In this document: positions 24,973-38,045 of the stretch, in pieces
Layout of the letters: each line of letters opens with the position of its first letter
Position numbering within the stretch: position 1 is the first letter of the stretch
DNA from: Octopus vulgaris
Taxonomy: Eukaryota
NCBI GenBank assembly: GCA_951406725.2
Contig: OX597821.1
Coordinates: 37,448,001 to 37,512,000 of the forward strand
Direction of reading: 5' to 3'
DNA length: 64,000 nt
The notes under the pieces: model-generated
Told to the model about the DNA's origin: nothing
The model's input: only the letters and a program-made list of their open reading frames with translations
Databases searched by the model: none
Translations under genes and position numbers: made by a program

Positions 24973-25011
<39 letters not shown>

Positions 25012-25150
25012 CGTATGTGTTTGGTTGTGTGTACACTCGTGTGACTACTTACGTGTGTATGTGTACGTGTGTGTTAGTGTGTGTAGCCATCCATGACTAG
25101 GTATGTGTATGTATAACTGTGTCTATATACGCACATAGATTTATATGCAA

Positions 25151-25373
25151 GAGGCGGCGAGCTGGCAGAAGCGTTAGCACGCCGGGCGAAATGCTTAGCA
25201 GTATTTCGTCTACGTTCTGAGTTCAAATTCCGCCGAGGTCGACTTTGCCTTTCATCCTCTCGGGGTCGATAAATAAAGTACCAGTTTCGACTGGGTCGAT
25301 GTAATCGACTTAATCCGTTTGTCTGTCCTTGTTTCTCCCCTCTATGTTTAGCCCTTGTGGGTAGCAAAAGAAA
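25151..25373 (+). mobile_element. tRNA-headed SINE with Nin/Deu-like core and Tx1-LINE-like 3' tail
   Basis: A-box-like tggcagaagcgttag, B-box gagttcaaattcc, core gactttgcctttcatcctctcggggtcgataaataaagtaccag, tail tcccctctatgtttagcccttgtgggtagcaaaagaaa. Confidence 0.75.
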
Positions 25374-25635
25374 TATATATCATGTATATATGTGAATAGA
25401 AGCAGGCGTGACTGTGTTGTAAGCTGTTCCGGGTTCAGTCCAGCTGCGTGGCACTTTGAGCGGGTGTTTCTACTATAGCCCTGGGTCGACTAAACCCTTG
25501 TGAGTAGATTTGGTTGACGGAATCTGAAAAAGCTTGTCATATATGTGTTTATCAATATTTAGCAGAAGCAACAGAGTGACTCGGGGGGCGAGAGTTTCGT
25601 TCATTGACACTTGTCAAACTACACACAGACACACA

Positions 25636-25698
<63 letters not shown>

Positions 25699-26601
25699 AC
25701 ACACACATACATATGCATGAGTGGCTGTGTGGTAAGTAGCCTGCTTACCAACTACATGGTTCTGGGTTCAGCCCCATTACGCGACGCCTTGGTCTTCTAC
25801 TAGAGCCTCAGGCCAACCAAAGCCTTGTGAGTGAATTTGGTAGACGGAAACTGTGTTTGTGTTTGTCCCCCCGATGGTGGCAAGTATATACATAATATTA
25901 TTGTTCTTTCTTGCGAAATATATAGAATTACTTTAAAGAAGTGTTCGGGTCGAAACAAGTAAAAGAATAAAAGAAAGAAAAGAAAGAAATATATATATAT
26001 ATATGTACATTTTTACTTTTATATACATATTTATATTTATTGCATATCTTTTACTTTTTTATATTTATATATAACTAGCAGAGATACCCGGCGTTACCCG
26101 ATTACATTCAATTGGAGAATTAGACTTTTCTGTTATATCTTCTGTGATGAACTGGAATATCTATGTTTCGAATTTCATCAAAATTGCAGATGAGGGTTAT
26201 TTCAATCTTTACACACCCTAAAAAATTGTAATCGTGCCACATGTATCCCATAATCCTGATTTTTATGCGCATATTCCAAAATTCCAGTCTTATTTAACTT
26301 GTTAAAAAGATTTTGTTCCTGAAAAATGAAGGTCATGGAGCTCTAAAATGTGAGAGTTAAGGCCCCTGTTGGGGGTGGGCATCTTAATGTCAACCAGAGA
26401 AGTTGAATTGTTGAAAATCTTTTTAACTTGGGTTTTATATCTATTGTTTGAATTTCTTTGAAATAGGAAATATATGTTCACTGGGTTTGTAAAAGAGAGC
26501 AAAGCTACAGGAAACCAAAAGACGAATGATCACAATAAGCAGTCAGTTACCCTACCCTAGTCGTTACTTGGGAAGCAGTTACTGGGAAGCAGTTGCCAGC
26601 A

Positions 26602-27112
26602 ACTATACTGATACGTAACTGGACAGAATAAATTTAAAATCTATAAATGTCTTCGAATAACCAGTCACTCATCTGGGAAGGCCTTGAAATTTCATTTCTC
26701 CTTAGCTCTCACGTCAAACAGTTGTTAATGTTGATTTCAGTTGGGTCACGCCCTTCCAATTGCTATAGATTTGTAATGCATCTTACGGCTGTGCCTGTCA
26801 CCTGGATGGTGAGGAATCCTACATGTAGGATTCCTCACCATCCAGGTGACAGGCACAGCCGTAAAGGATTCCTCACCATCCAGATGACAGGCACAGCCGT
26901 AAGATGCATTACAAATCTATAGCAATTGGAAGGGCGTGACCCAACTGAAATCAACATTAACAACTGTTTGACGTGAGAGCTAAGGAGAAATGAAAGTGTC
27001 ACCTCTGTAGTTTGCAAATGACCACTATACTGATACGTAACTGGACAGAATAAATTTAAAATCTATAAATGTCTTCGAATAACCAGTCACTCATCTGGGA
27101 AGGCCTTGAAAT
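26602..27112. repeat. Spacerless palindrome (~134-bp arms) inside 89-bp direct repeats
   Basis: 26602-26690 equals 27024-27112. Palindrome centre aggaatcctaca|tgtaggattcct at 26823/26824; the right arm has a 38-bp tandem duplication. Confidence 0.9.
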
Positions 27113-27972
27113 CAATGTTACCATCTGGAGACTATGTGTGACCGAGTGATAATAAAAAGACTGAAAGGAGGTCTGCAATCAAATAAATTTTACTCTACAC
27201 TTTGCAACTGAATCAGTGGAGGCAAAGATGCCTCTCATTTACTTGACAATTTATGCAGTGTGTATGTCAAAGCAAACTGTTACACTGTTGTACCATTGAA
27301 TTACAAATAATGCTCATCTTTTATGCTCGGGTAACCCTACAGCTTCCAAGAGCACAACTGTATTCATTTTTGCTTAGATAAAATGACAAAATTGTAGTTG
27401 TTAAGTCCCCATGGAGGGGTCTTTCTAACTTTGTAAGATGAAATTTTATAGATATTACTTCATTTGTGTCTAATGTCTATGGTTAAAATTTCATCAACAG
27501 CAAAAATATATGAATTGTCATGGGTGTTATGGCCCTTATGCATAGAATATAATTTCCAAATTTCATAAAGATCCATTCAGTACTTTTGACCAAGTTTTGG
27601 ATCATAAAAGAAATTACTAAAATTTGGGATTTAAGGATCCCATTAGGGTGTTTTATATATATATATATATATATATAGATACACACACACATGGACACAT
27701 ACAAAGATAAATTGATAGATACAACTGAGTGAGCAAACAAAAATATGAGACACAGCCTAGTGCTTTTTTATGTTGATAAGCCTAGTACTTACTCTATTAG
27801 TTTGTTCTTGTGAAACCAGTAAGTTATGTGGATGTAAATAAGTGAACAGCAGTTGTGAAGCAGTGATGAGGGCGAAACACAGAGACAAAGACACACACAT
27901 ACACTTACATATATACATACATATATATACGATTTATTTGTTACAGTTCCTGTCTACGAAATCCATATATAT

Positions 27973-30681
27973 TGTTGTTGGCATCCTTTTTGTCTCGGGA
28001 GACAATGGAGTTGCGCATAAAATAATCTTGTCCGGCTTTTACATTTCATGTCCTAATACATCTCTTGCTGTGGCTGTGTAGTCCTAGCCGGGACAAACAC
28101 TCCCTCTGGCAGGTGCCGTAAATGTAGCGAAGACTTTGCCTGACTGGTTGTAATGTCATAGTTTCTTGTTGACGTCTTTTCTTGTCTTTCCATTTCTCCT
28201 TTCTCACTATGTCACTCCTTTGTGTTCCCTCTTTCACGGTACGTCGCCAATCTCCACGGTTGCTGGCAACTGCTTCCCAGTTGGTAATATTGATGTTGCA
28301 GGCATTCATGTCCCTTTTGCAAACATCCTTGTATCGTAAGAACGGTCTTCCCACAGACCTAGTGCCCCTAGCAAGCTCTCCGTTGAGTATGTCCTTGGGG
28401 ATTCTGCCATCTTCCATACGGCTAACATGTCCAAGCCATCTCATACGTCTTTGTGTGAAGAGTGCAAACATGCTTGGTATTCCTGCTTGCTTGAGGACAT
28501 CTTTGTTAGGGACATGATTCTGCCATTTGATGCGATGGATTTTCCGGAGACAGCGCAGGTGAAAGATATTTAGGCGACGTATGGCGTCGTATGGCGTGTG
28601 TATGGCGTCAAAGTCATACAGTAGAGTGCTAAGTACACATGCCTGGTAAATCTTCATTTTTGTGGTCTTGGTCAGCTTATTGTTGTCCCATGCGCGTTTG
28701 GTGAGTTGGGCCATCACAGCAGCTGCCTTGCCAATGCGTATATTGAGCTCAGCATCAAGGGATAGGTTGTAGGTGACGGTAGAGCCAAGATAGGTAAACT
28801 TCTCCACCTCCTATACTCTGTGGTCTCCAATATGTATGTTTGGGATGTCCGATGTAGCCTGACCCATGATGTTGGTCTTCTTGAGGCTGATAACTAAGCC
28901 AAAGTTGCCAAATGCTTGCTCAAAACAGTTGCTGTGCCTTCGTAGGGCTTCTTCTGTGTGTGATACCAGAGCGGCATCATCAGCAAATAGCATCTCCTTG
29001 ATCAGGATGCTTCTGAAATTTTGATCTTGGCACGCAGACGCGAGAGATTGAACAGTTACCCATCACTTCTACTGTGCAGAAACACTCCATCATCTGATGT
29101 CTCAAAGGCATGTGACAGCAGCAGCGAGAAGAAGATGCCAAATAATGTAGGAGCAAGGACACAACCTTGCTCTACCCCATTTTTTATTTGGAAGGCGGCT
29201 GATGTTGAACCATTGTGCTGTATGGTGCCTTGCATATTAGCATGGAATGATTTGATGATCCTCAGCAGCTTTGGTGGACATCCGATTTTTTGGAGCAGGA
29301 TGAAGAGGCCTTTTCTACTTACCAAGTCAAAGCCCTTTGTCAGATCAATGAAGGCCATATATAATGGCATGTTCTGCTCTCTGGACTTCTGAAGTTGGCG
29401 TATGGAGAATATCATGTCAATAATTGATCTGCTTCTAAAGCCACACTGCGATTCTGGATAAATTCGAGAAGCAATTAGTTGCAGCCTGGACAGGATAATG
29501 CAAGCAGAGGCCTTTCCAACTGTGCTTAGAAGAGATCTTCCACGGTAATTGTTACAATCATCACGGTCACTTTTATTTTTGTAAAGCGTAATGATGTTAG
29601 CATCCCGCATATTCTGAGGGACTGTACCCTCTTACCTGCACTAACACAGAAGCTCATGAATGTGCCGAAGCAGGATGGTGTTTTTGCCGGTTTTGATGAT
29701 CTCTAAGGGGATGCCGTCTTTTCCCGGAGCCTTGTTATTTGCTAGGGAGTCAATAGATTTGGCGAGCTCTGCTATAGATGGCAGACTGTCAAGTTCACGC
29801 ATGACTGGCAAGATCTTGACACCCTCGATTGCAGCCTCAGCTACCGTGGTCTCTCGTGAGTAGAGATCTTGGTAGTACTCCATCCATCTATCCATTTGCT
29901 TGCTTTGGTCCCTGATGAGATCTCCAGTAGTTGATTTCAGAGGGGCTGAGGTATTTGCGGATGGACCGAGGGCCTTCTTCAAACCGGCATACATCCCACG
30001 GGTGTCGCCACTGTCAGCAGCTGACTGGATACTCTGACAGATTTCCTTTCAATACCCATTTGCATAGCGTCTGGCAGTCAGTTGGGTTTTATTTCTTGCC
30101 TTTCTGAGTTCTTCGTGTGACTTTGTAGAAGAACCACTCTTGTATTGCATCAGAGCTGTACGCTTTGCTTCGATAACTGGTTCCAGCTCTGAGAGCCCAG
30201 CACTGAACAAAATCTGGGTTTTACCTTTCTCTCATTCCGAAAGTATCTATTGATGTGGTATACAAAGCTTCCCTGATATAATTCCACCTACTTTCAGCAG
30301 AGGAGGTTGGGCAGCTACTGAGGGCAACCTTGATAAAAACAGCAAAACATTGTCGCAGTGTAGGGTTCGAGGTTCTGGCAGTGTTAATGCGTGGTTGGCT
30401 AATTTTCTTGGAGTAATGGACTTTTTAGGCAGAATCCTCACCCTTCTTATTAGTGAATGATCTGTCTCACAATCCGCGCTACGGGTCAGTTGAACAGAAT
30501 TCAGAAAGGATCTTCGTGTAATGATGAGATCCAACTGATGCCAGTGGTGAGATCTTGGATGTCTCCAAGATGCCTTGTGGGATGTCTTGTTGGGAAAGAA
30601 TGTGTTGGTGATGCACGGGTTATGGTATGTGCAAAATTCAAGTAGTCTCTGGCCATTGTCATTCATGTTGCCAATACTAAA
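27973..30681 (-). mobile_element. 5'-truncated RTE-clade LINE (frameshifted APE-RT ORF)
   Basis: Motifs HWHQLDLII/SADCETDH (endonuclease end), KAPGKDGIP, NYRGRSLLS, ESQCGFR, FIDLTKGFD, QGCVLAPTLF, LFADDAAL, RWLGHVSRMEDGRIPK. The 3' end is gtctcccgagac...gatgcc(aac)n; a 78-bp duplication flanks it. Confidence 0.9.
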
Positions 30682-30749
30682 ACACATACACTTACATATA
30701 TACATACATATATATACGATTGATTTGTTTCAGTTCCTGTCCACGAAAT

Positions 30750-30821
<72 letters not shown>

Positions 30822-31364
30822 ACACACACACACAAAGATAAATTGATAGATACAACTGAGTGGGCAAACAAAAATGTGAGACACTGCGTAGAGCTTTTTA
30901 AAATTTTGATAAGCCTGGTACTTATTCTATCAGTTTCTTCTTGTGAAACCAGTATGTTATGGGGATGTAAATAAACGAACACCAGTTGTGAAGCAGTGAT
31001 GAGGGAAAAACACAGAGACACACACACAGACTTACATACACAGATATATATACGATTGATTTCTTTCAGTTTCTGTCTACAAAATCCACTGACAAGGCTT
31101 TGGTTGGTCTGAGGCTACAGTAGAAGACACATGCCAAGTTACCACACAGTGAGACTGAACTGAGAACCATGTGTTTTGGAACCATAAGAATACTTATGCA
31201 TAAATCTAAAATCTTAAATAATTCCTTTGTTATTGTAGTATATATTAATAAAAAATGGAATATTCCCAAAATTGCATGATGAACTAAATGATTTTAATTT
31301 CTTATTTAAACGTGAAAAAAATCTTGAAAAAAATCTGATACAAGGATGTGATATAATGAAACAG

Positions 31365-33058
31365 CAATTTTGAGTTCGGTCGTGTTTTTTTACGCTCGTA
31401 AAATTCGGTAAAAAAGATCAGAGAGAGTTGTTGTTGTTGTGGAGATTTTGAACGGCGTTGGAGCGGTTTCGCGTTCAGCTGGTTCTGCGCGTTACACTTT
31501 TTCTGTTTTGACGGCCGTTTTCGGCCTGTCAAGCGGGAGGAGATGGATGACCACTCCCTAGTGGAGGAGTCGGAGGAAGAATGGATATTTGAGAGCTTGT
31601 CAGAGACATCGAACTCTGAAGACGAGCAAATCGGTGATGTAAATAATGTGGAGATAAAAAACAGGAAAACGTACGCAGGAGTTGCAAAAAAGAAGACGGA
31701 ACAGGAAAAAGAAATAAACCTAGAAAAATTACCAGGTTTCCAGAGGTATATGAGGAAGGACAGCGGCGAGGTGGAACTGGAACCACCACCAAAGAGAAAG
31801 GAATGGTACAATAAGAGGACCATAATTTACAGGGTGTTCGTGAACGAAAGAAAGAAAATAGAGATCGTAAACATGGAATGGATAGAGGAGGCCCTGAGAA
31901 GATCGGAGGAGGAAATCATTTTTCTGATTCGAGGATCGAAGTACGGTACTGTAGTGGTACATTTTAAAAGTGAGACTGCAGCGAGGAAGATGGCGGTGAA
32001 GGCGGTGAAGTCAGAAAAGGTAACACTTTTACCTATGTACTTGAATAGAAGGATTACACGAGTAAGGGTGGAGGGAGTGCCACCAAACGTTGAGGCTGAA
32101 TGGATTGTGGCGGCTGTGATCAGCGGCCACGAGGAGAAAGTGGATATTCTCCATGCCTCGGTCAGGACCGAGGGCTGGAGAGGCGTAACAGTGGAGCTGA
32201 ACGTGCAGGCGGAGAGCGAGGTACTGGTGGACCTGGCGGAGAACATTAAATTGGGAGACGTGATTATGAGAGTGTGGGTGGAGGGCAGAGCTCCACGTTG
32301 TTACAAGTGAGGCCTGAGGGGCCACATAAGAGCCTTCTGCCCTCCCCCACCAAGAGAAAAGGAAATCGTTGAGGAAGCTCCAAAAGAGGAGGCCCCAAAA
32401 AGGAAGAAATTAAAGAGAAGCAGACGGAAAGGGAAACGACAGAGGAGGAGGAGATGCAAAAAGAGTGTGAGGAGGGCAGAAAGAAGAGAAAAGGAAAGAA
32501 AAGGAAAAACTGTGCGAAGCCCCAACCCACCCCAACACCACCCACACCCTTGGAGACCCATCCTGCCCCTGCAAACAGCAATCCCACCCACTCCCCGCCT
32601 ACAAGAAAAACGAAAACAGACACACAGAACATACAAAGGCCCCAGTCCTACTTTTTATGTGTTGTGAGAAAGGGGGATACAGAGAACGCAAGAAGGCTTT
32701 TTGAAGACAATGTATGGCAGGAGTATGAGGACGGAAGCTATGCGGTGTTCGATTTTGAACTTATGGGCTCTTTGATGAGCAAATGTAATGAACTACGTAT
32801 AAATTGTTTTTCAGCATATATGAAGGATGATATGATAGAGAGGTATGAGAGAGAAATGAAAGGTGAGGTGAAAGACTTTGGAATCGTGATAGGAAACGGA
32901 AAGGTAAGTGATGCTGGAGGAGGGGGCCGTTAGCATCGCTTTCATGTTACCATTTTTTCATTTTAACATTCATTTAATCATAATTTTAATCGCATTGTTT
33001 TATGTCCCCCATGTTTTGTAATGTTCCCTCTTCGTGGCCCCTAGTGGGTAATAAAGAA
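31365..33058 (+). mobile_element. ORF1-only retroelement, divergent subfamily (copy 3)
   Basis: 5'UTR homologous to 4200-4390 (ggtttcgcgtt...ctggttctgcgcgttacactttttc), same tail gcccctagtgggtaataaagaaa, candidate TSD atataatgaaacag (31351-31364) / atataatgacactg (33059-33072). Confidence 0.85.
31543..32933 (+). pseudogene. ORF1 homologue with nonsense codon in the zinc knuckle and a frameshift
   Basis: ORFs 31543-32310 and 32454-32933; CYK*GLRGHIRAFC (TGA at 32308-32310); frameshift in the A-run near 32400. Confidence 0.85.
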
Positions 33059-33317
33059 ATATAATGACACTGATTCATATTCATCGATACTCAAAAACTG
33101 AACTTTCGTCATAGTGTATAGTGAGTTATTATATTTTTGCCTTGTGTATATTTTCTCCGTTGTGATCTACTGTGTGTCTAGCTGTCTTTCTGTATTGTTG
33201 TACAACTATTGAAGTCGGCCTTCGTGCGAGGGCTTCGTGTTGGTGTTCCCCCTCCGTGGGGGAAAAACTATCATTATCTTGGTTGTGCCAAGGGCTTGTT
33301 AAAGCCAGTTATCGGAG

Positions 33318-34638
33318 ATGGAATCCCCCATCTCTTATTCACCTGTGACTAGTGATGCAGGATCACCGGCGGTGTCGCCAAAGAAAAAAGAGGCGGGGTC
33401 GCCAAAGAAAAAAGATATTCCAGCACCAGCGAAAAAATTTTCGGAAGTAGCTGGCAAGAAAATTAAAAAAATTAATCTGGAAAACCTAAAGAAACATGCG
33501 GACTGTGTGTCAAAAGAGGGCACGGAAGTAACCGTGGCTTCAAACGCCCAAAAACAGGAGGAAATTTCAAATAGAAGAATAATTTATAAGACCTTCAATA
33601 CAACAAGCAGATCAATACAAAAAATAGAGGAGAAAAAAATCGAAAATTGCTTAAAGCCGATAATGGATAAAATCACATATATCAATCGAGGGAAGAAATA
33701 CGGCACAGTGGAGGTGAGATTCACATCAGAGGAGGTAGCGAAGAAGCTATCCATGGAACCAATAAAAGCGGAGGATATTGTTCTCCTACCCCTGTATAAA
33801 GGCAAAAGAACATCAAAGATCACAATGAATAATATTCCGCCAGAAGCGGATGCCGAAGTTCTGGTGGCAGCAGTTATGGTAGGCCTGGAGGAAAAAATAA
33901 ACATCCTCCAGGCCACTGTAGAGGAGGAAGAATTCTGGAAAGGGCAACGGATAATAATAGCCATCCAGGCAGAAATACAAACCCTGGAGGAGATTCCAGA
34001 GACTCTAAAGATAAGCGAAGATGAGAGAGTCACAGTCTTCGTAGAGGGCAGAAAGCCGAGGTGCTTCGGCTGCGGTAAGAAAGGGCATGTAAGGGCAGAA
34101 TGCCAACCCCAACCCAAACCGCAGGAAGCAGCTCAGCCAAGTGGAAAAGCAGAAGAGGTGTCATCAGAAACAGCGCTGGTCGGCCCAGGAGGGACGGCTG
34201 AAGGTGTGGAGGTGACAGAGGCAGCGGAACCAACGGCGGAGGAAAAAAAGAGCGAGGAAACGAAAAAGGAGGAGGGGTGGTCAAAAATCACTAGAAAAAA
34301 AAGAAAAACTGAAACCACCCCTCCCTAAACCAAAAAAAAAAAAAAGAGAGTCGTTGAACTCATTTATGGCCGTTAAGGCCACGAACAATAGACTCGGTAA
34401 TGTGTTGGCAGCGATGGCCAAAGTAGAAAAAATAGGGAGGAAAAATGACTATGTATTGTACAGAATAGGCCGGAAGGATTACGGACGGATAAAGTCCGAA
34501 TTTTTTCATGACGTAGGCCCGCTCAGAATGGATATAACATCTCCATATATATTCGAGGGCCTGCGTCAGACTCCCCCACGAGGCCCAGAAAAAGAGACAA
34601 AAAAAGAAGAAAACGAAAAAACCGAACCACTGATATAA
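33318..34638 (+). pseudogene. LINE ORF1 (zinc knuckle CFGCGKKGHVRAEC), one frameshift near 34320
   Basis: ORF 33318-34328 continues in the +1 frame (PKPKKKKRESLNSFMAVK...) to 34638, 8 nt before the ORF2 ATG. Confidence 0.8.
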
Positions 34639-34646
34639 GGTAAGTA

Positions 34647-37600
34647 ATGGATTACATTTATGTTGGTTGTTTGAATGTGCGCGGCCTGGGAGCAGGCGGG
34701 AAGCAAGGTCGCTTCCTGCATGATATCAGGTCGCGTAATTTAGATGTTATTGTTGCTACAGAAACCTGGTTAGAGGGGCCAAGAGGTCTTCTCCCGCTGT
34801 TTGACGGCTACGAGAGTTTTTTCTCTCCTGGCAGTCCTACAGGCGAGAGAGGGGTGTTGGTCCTATTAAAAAGAAACCGGGTTTCTGAGAAAAAGTTAAT
34901 TTTTGCAGATCCAGAAGGTAGGCTGGTCGTCATGGATTTGACGTTCAGTAATGGTAAAGTTATCAGACTGGTTGCAATTTACGCACCCAACAGTAAAAAA
35001 GGGCAAAGTGATTATTTTCGTGATCTAGAAAAATTTCTTGGTACTTCGCATTCATTAGTGGTGCTAGGAGACTTTAACACAATTTGCAAAGCGGATGTAG
35101 ATTGTGTTGGCTCGTGTCCAGATAGGAGAGGTAACAGTGGCTTCATGGAACTGCTAAGCCGCTTTGAGCTAGCAGATCCGTATAGGCTGGAATTTCCGAA
35201 CGCTCCATTGTGGACATGGTCAAACAGCGACGGATCTTCCAGGTCATATATAGATAGAATTCTAATTAGAAAAGTAGACAGTAAAATAGCTAAGTGTCCA
35301 CAGTTTTACCCGATCAGCTACAGTGATCATAAAATGGTCACTTGTAAGCTTGACATAGATAAGGTTAGAAATAGAGGATCCGGTTACTGGAAACTTAATA
35401 CGTCCCTTTTGGCGATTAAGGAGTACAAAGACCGGATTAGGAACATAATTCAGAGGGCACTATCCGGTACCATCATTAATAACAAATGGTGGTATGCCCT
35501 CAAACGAGCCATCAAGTTTGAGTCTATTAGATATAGCATAGGAGTAGTGGCTAGAGAGGCTAGAGGGGATAATACTCTAGTTAAGGAATTAGAGGAAGCC
35601 ATGAAAACTGGCTCTGCGGCTCAGGTGGCGTCCAAGAGACTGGTGTTAAACCAGCACCTCGAGGCCAAACACATGGGCTGCATTGTCAGGGCTAGAATCC
35701 GTCATATGGGATGTGAAGGAATCAACGCCGTGAGATGGGCCCGAGTGGTGGAAGCTCAGCATGGTAACGGTGCCACGATTCGATCTTTGACGAACCAACA
35801 AGGTGAGTTGATAAACGAACCCGAGGAGATGTGTGAGGCCTTTCAGGAGCACTTCGCTCAGCTTTTCGGTGAGTGCGGCGGACTGGATAGGAGGAGGGCC
35901 TTTACGGACCTACTCGACGGGCTGCCGCGCTTATCGGGGCGAGATGCGGAGGGCTGTGAAGGGCCAATCACGCCTGGGGAGGTGTTTGAGGCAATGGCGG
36001 ACTGCGGCGCGGGTAAGGCGCCGGGTTTGGATGGTCTACCCTATGAGTTATATAAGAGTATGCCAGACTTGTTCGGGCACCAACTGGCGGAGGTCTATGC
36101 GAACTGGCAGCAGAACGGGCTCATACCCAGATCTGTGCGCCGGGGAGTAGTGACTCTCGTCAGAAAGGACCCGAGCAAGGGGAGTGCATTGATAATTTCA
36201 GGCCCATCACTCTGCTAAACACAGAGTTGAAGATTTTGGCCAAAGTGTTATCGAAAAGATTGGCGCGTGTCGCGGATGGTCTGATCGGAGGGGCACAGAC
36301 ATGTGCCGTTCCGGGCAGATCCATTCAGGATAATCTCCATCTAATGCGGTACACTATAGAGGGGTTTAATAATGATTCTGGCAAGGGTGGGGTACTGGTC
36401 CATTTAGACCAATCTAAAGCCTTTGATAGGGTCGACCATCGTTACCTGGTATCTGCCCTGGCACAGTTCGGGCTGAGCCTTGGCTTCCTCAGGTGGATTA
36501 TCCAAATGTATGATAACATCGACTCGGTAGTTCGGGTGAACGGCTTCTTGTCGAAGCCGTTCAAAATCAAACGCTCGGTTCGTCAAGGGTGTCCGCTCTC
36601 CCCGCTTTTGTACGTGATGGCCCTAGAGCCATTACTGCGAAAACTGAGCGGCATCCCGAGACAGCCGGGTAATGGAAAATCAGTGTCGGCGTACGCGGAT
36701 GACATCACCATCATCGTAACCGAAATGGACCACCTATGTAAAGTAGGCAAGGCCATAGAGGTTTACGAGACGGTGACAGGAGCAAAAGTTAATCGCGAAA
36801 AGTCAGTCGGCTTGCAACTCGGCACCTGGAGAGGCAAGTCGATGCCTCCTGACAGCGTCGTGGGACGTTGGACGGAGGGTCCGATTAAACTGCTAGAGGT
36901 CTGGTTCGGTCCAGACCTCCAAATAGAGAAGAATTGGGGCGAGGTAACGAGCAAGGTGGCTGCAGTAGCCAAGACCTGGTCTTGGCGGTGGCTATCCTTG
37001 AAAGGGAGGGCGGAGGTGGCCAATGTGTTTATCGCATCGGTTATCACCTACCGCCTTTCCGTCGTTCCTTGCCCCGATTCGTGCTTGACCAAGTTGGAAA
37101 GACAGCTCTTCTACTTCTTGTGGAAGGGTAGGAAACCACTCGTGAAACGCTCTACTTGCTGTCAACAACCGTTAAAGGGTGGGCTAGGGATGCCTTGGCT
37201 GATGATGCGCAGACATGCGCTGAGGTTAAGACATCTGTGGCTCTACCTGGATGGTAAACGGGTGTGGTCTCCGTTAGCAAAACTGATGTTTCCCAAGTTC
37301 ACTAGTTTCGGTGGACGGGAAACCTGGCTGAATCGTAGATCGAAACTCGGTACTTGGTACACGGAGTGTCGCAAGGCTCTCCTGCTATTCCGTCGCTCGG
37401 GCAACGCCTGCGGTGGGGGTTCCACCACATTCTTCTATAGAGGGTTGGTAGAGGCGGAATGTGAAGATACCTTGGGGGAAACCCTAGGTCTCGACGATAA
37501 TCAGCTGGCCAGTCTGTTCCGACGTACGTTCAAGCCGAGGACACTGGACAACTTCCAGAAGTCTCTGGCATGGCAATGCTACAGAGGAGCTCTACCTGTT

Positions 37601-38045
37601 CGGGATAAACTCGCAAGGCACGGTGGCCGAGACAGTCCGATATGTCCAAGATGCGGGCGGGATAGGGAAACCGTCCCGCACGCTATTGTTCATTGTCCGG
37701 ACGTGTCTGAGGTGTGGGTTTATGCCGAACAGCTGTTGTCAGGTACACGAAGAGTACAGCTGTCGACTGAGTCGATTACAAAAATTGACCCACCGGATTT
37801 CCTCGTGAATGAAGGTAAGTTTCTGTTTTCTCGTTGTAGTAGCAATTGCGAAAGAGGTGATATGGAAGACGAGAGTGAAAGGTTTACAGGCAGGCAAGTT
37901 CATCTCTGGCCCTGGTTTGATGAATTATTTCATCTTTCACCTGAAAAGGAAGATAGGGCTGGAGAGAATATGCCTGACTAGGAGAGTGTATGAAGAACGA
38001 TGGAAAGATGTGGCACGGAAGTTGCGAGTGAAAGATACAACATAA
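34647..38045 (+). pseudogene. LINE ORF2 (APE endonuclease + reverse transcriptase), two frameshifts
   Basis: LNVRGL, TETW, IYAPN, LGDFN, SYIDRI, SDH, YWKLN, KAPGLDGLP; LDQSKAFDRVDH, VRQGCPLSPLLY, AYADDI; CPRC...ETVPHAIVHC. Frameshifts near 36190 and 37825. Confidence 0.9.
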
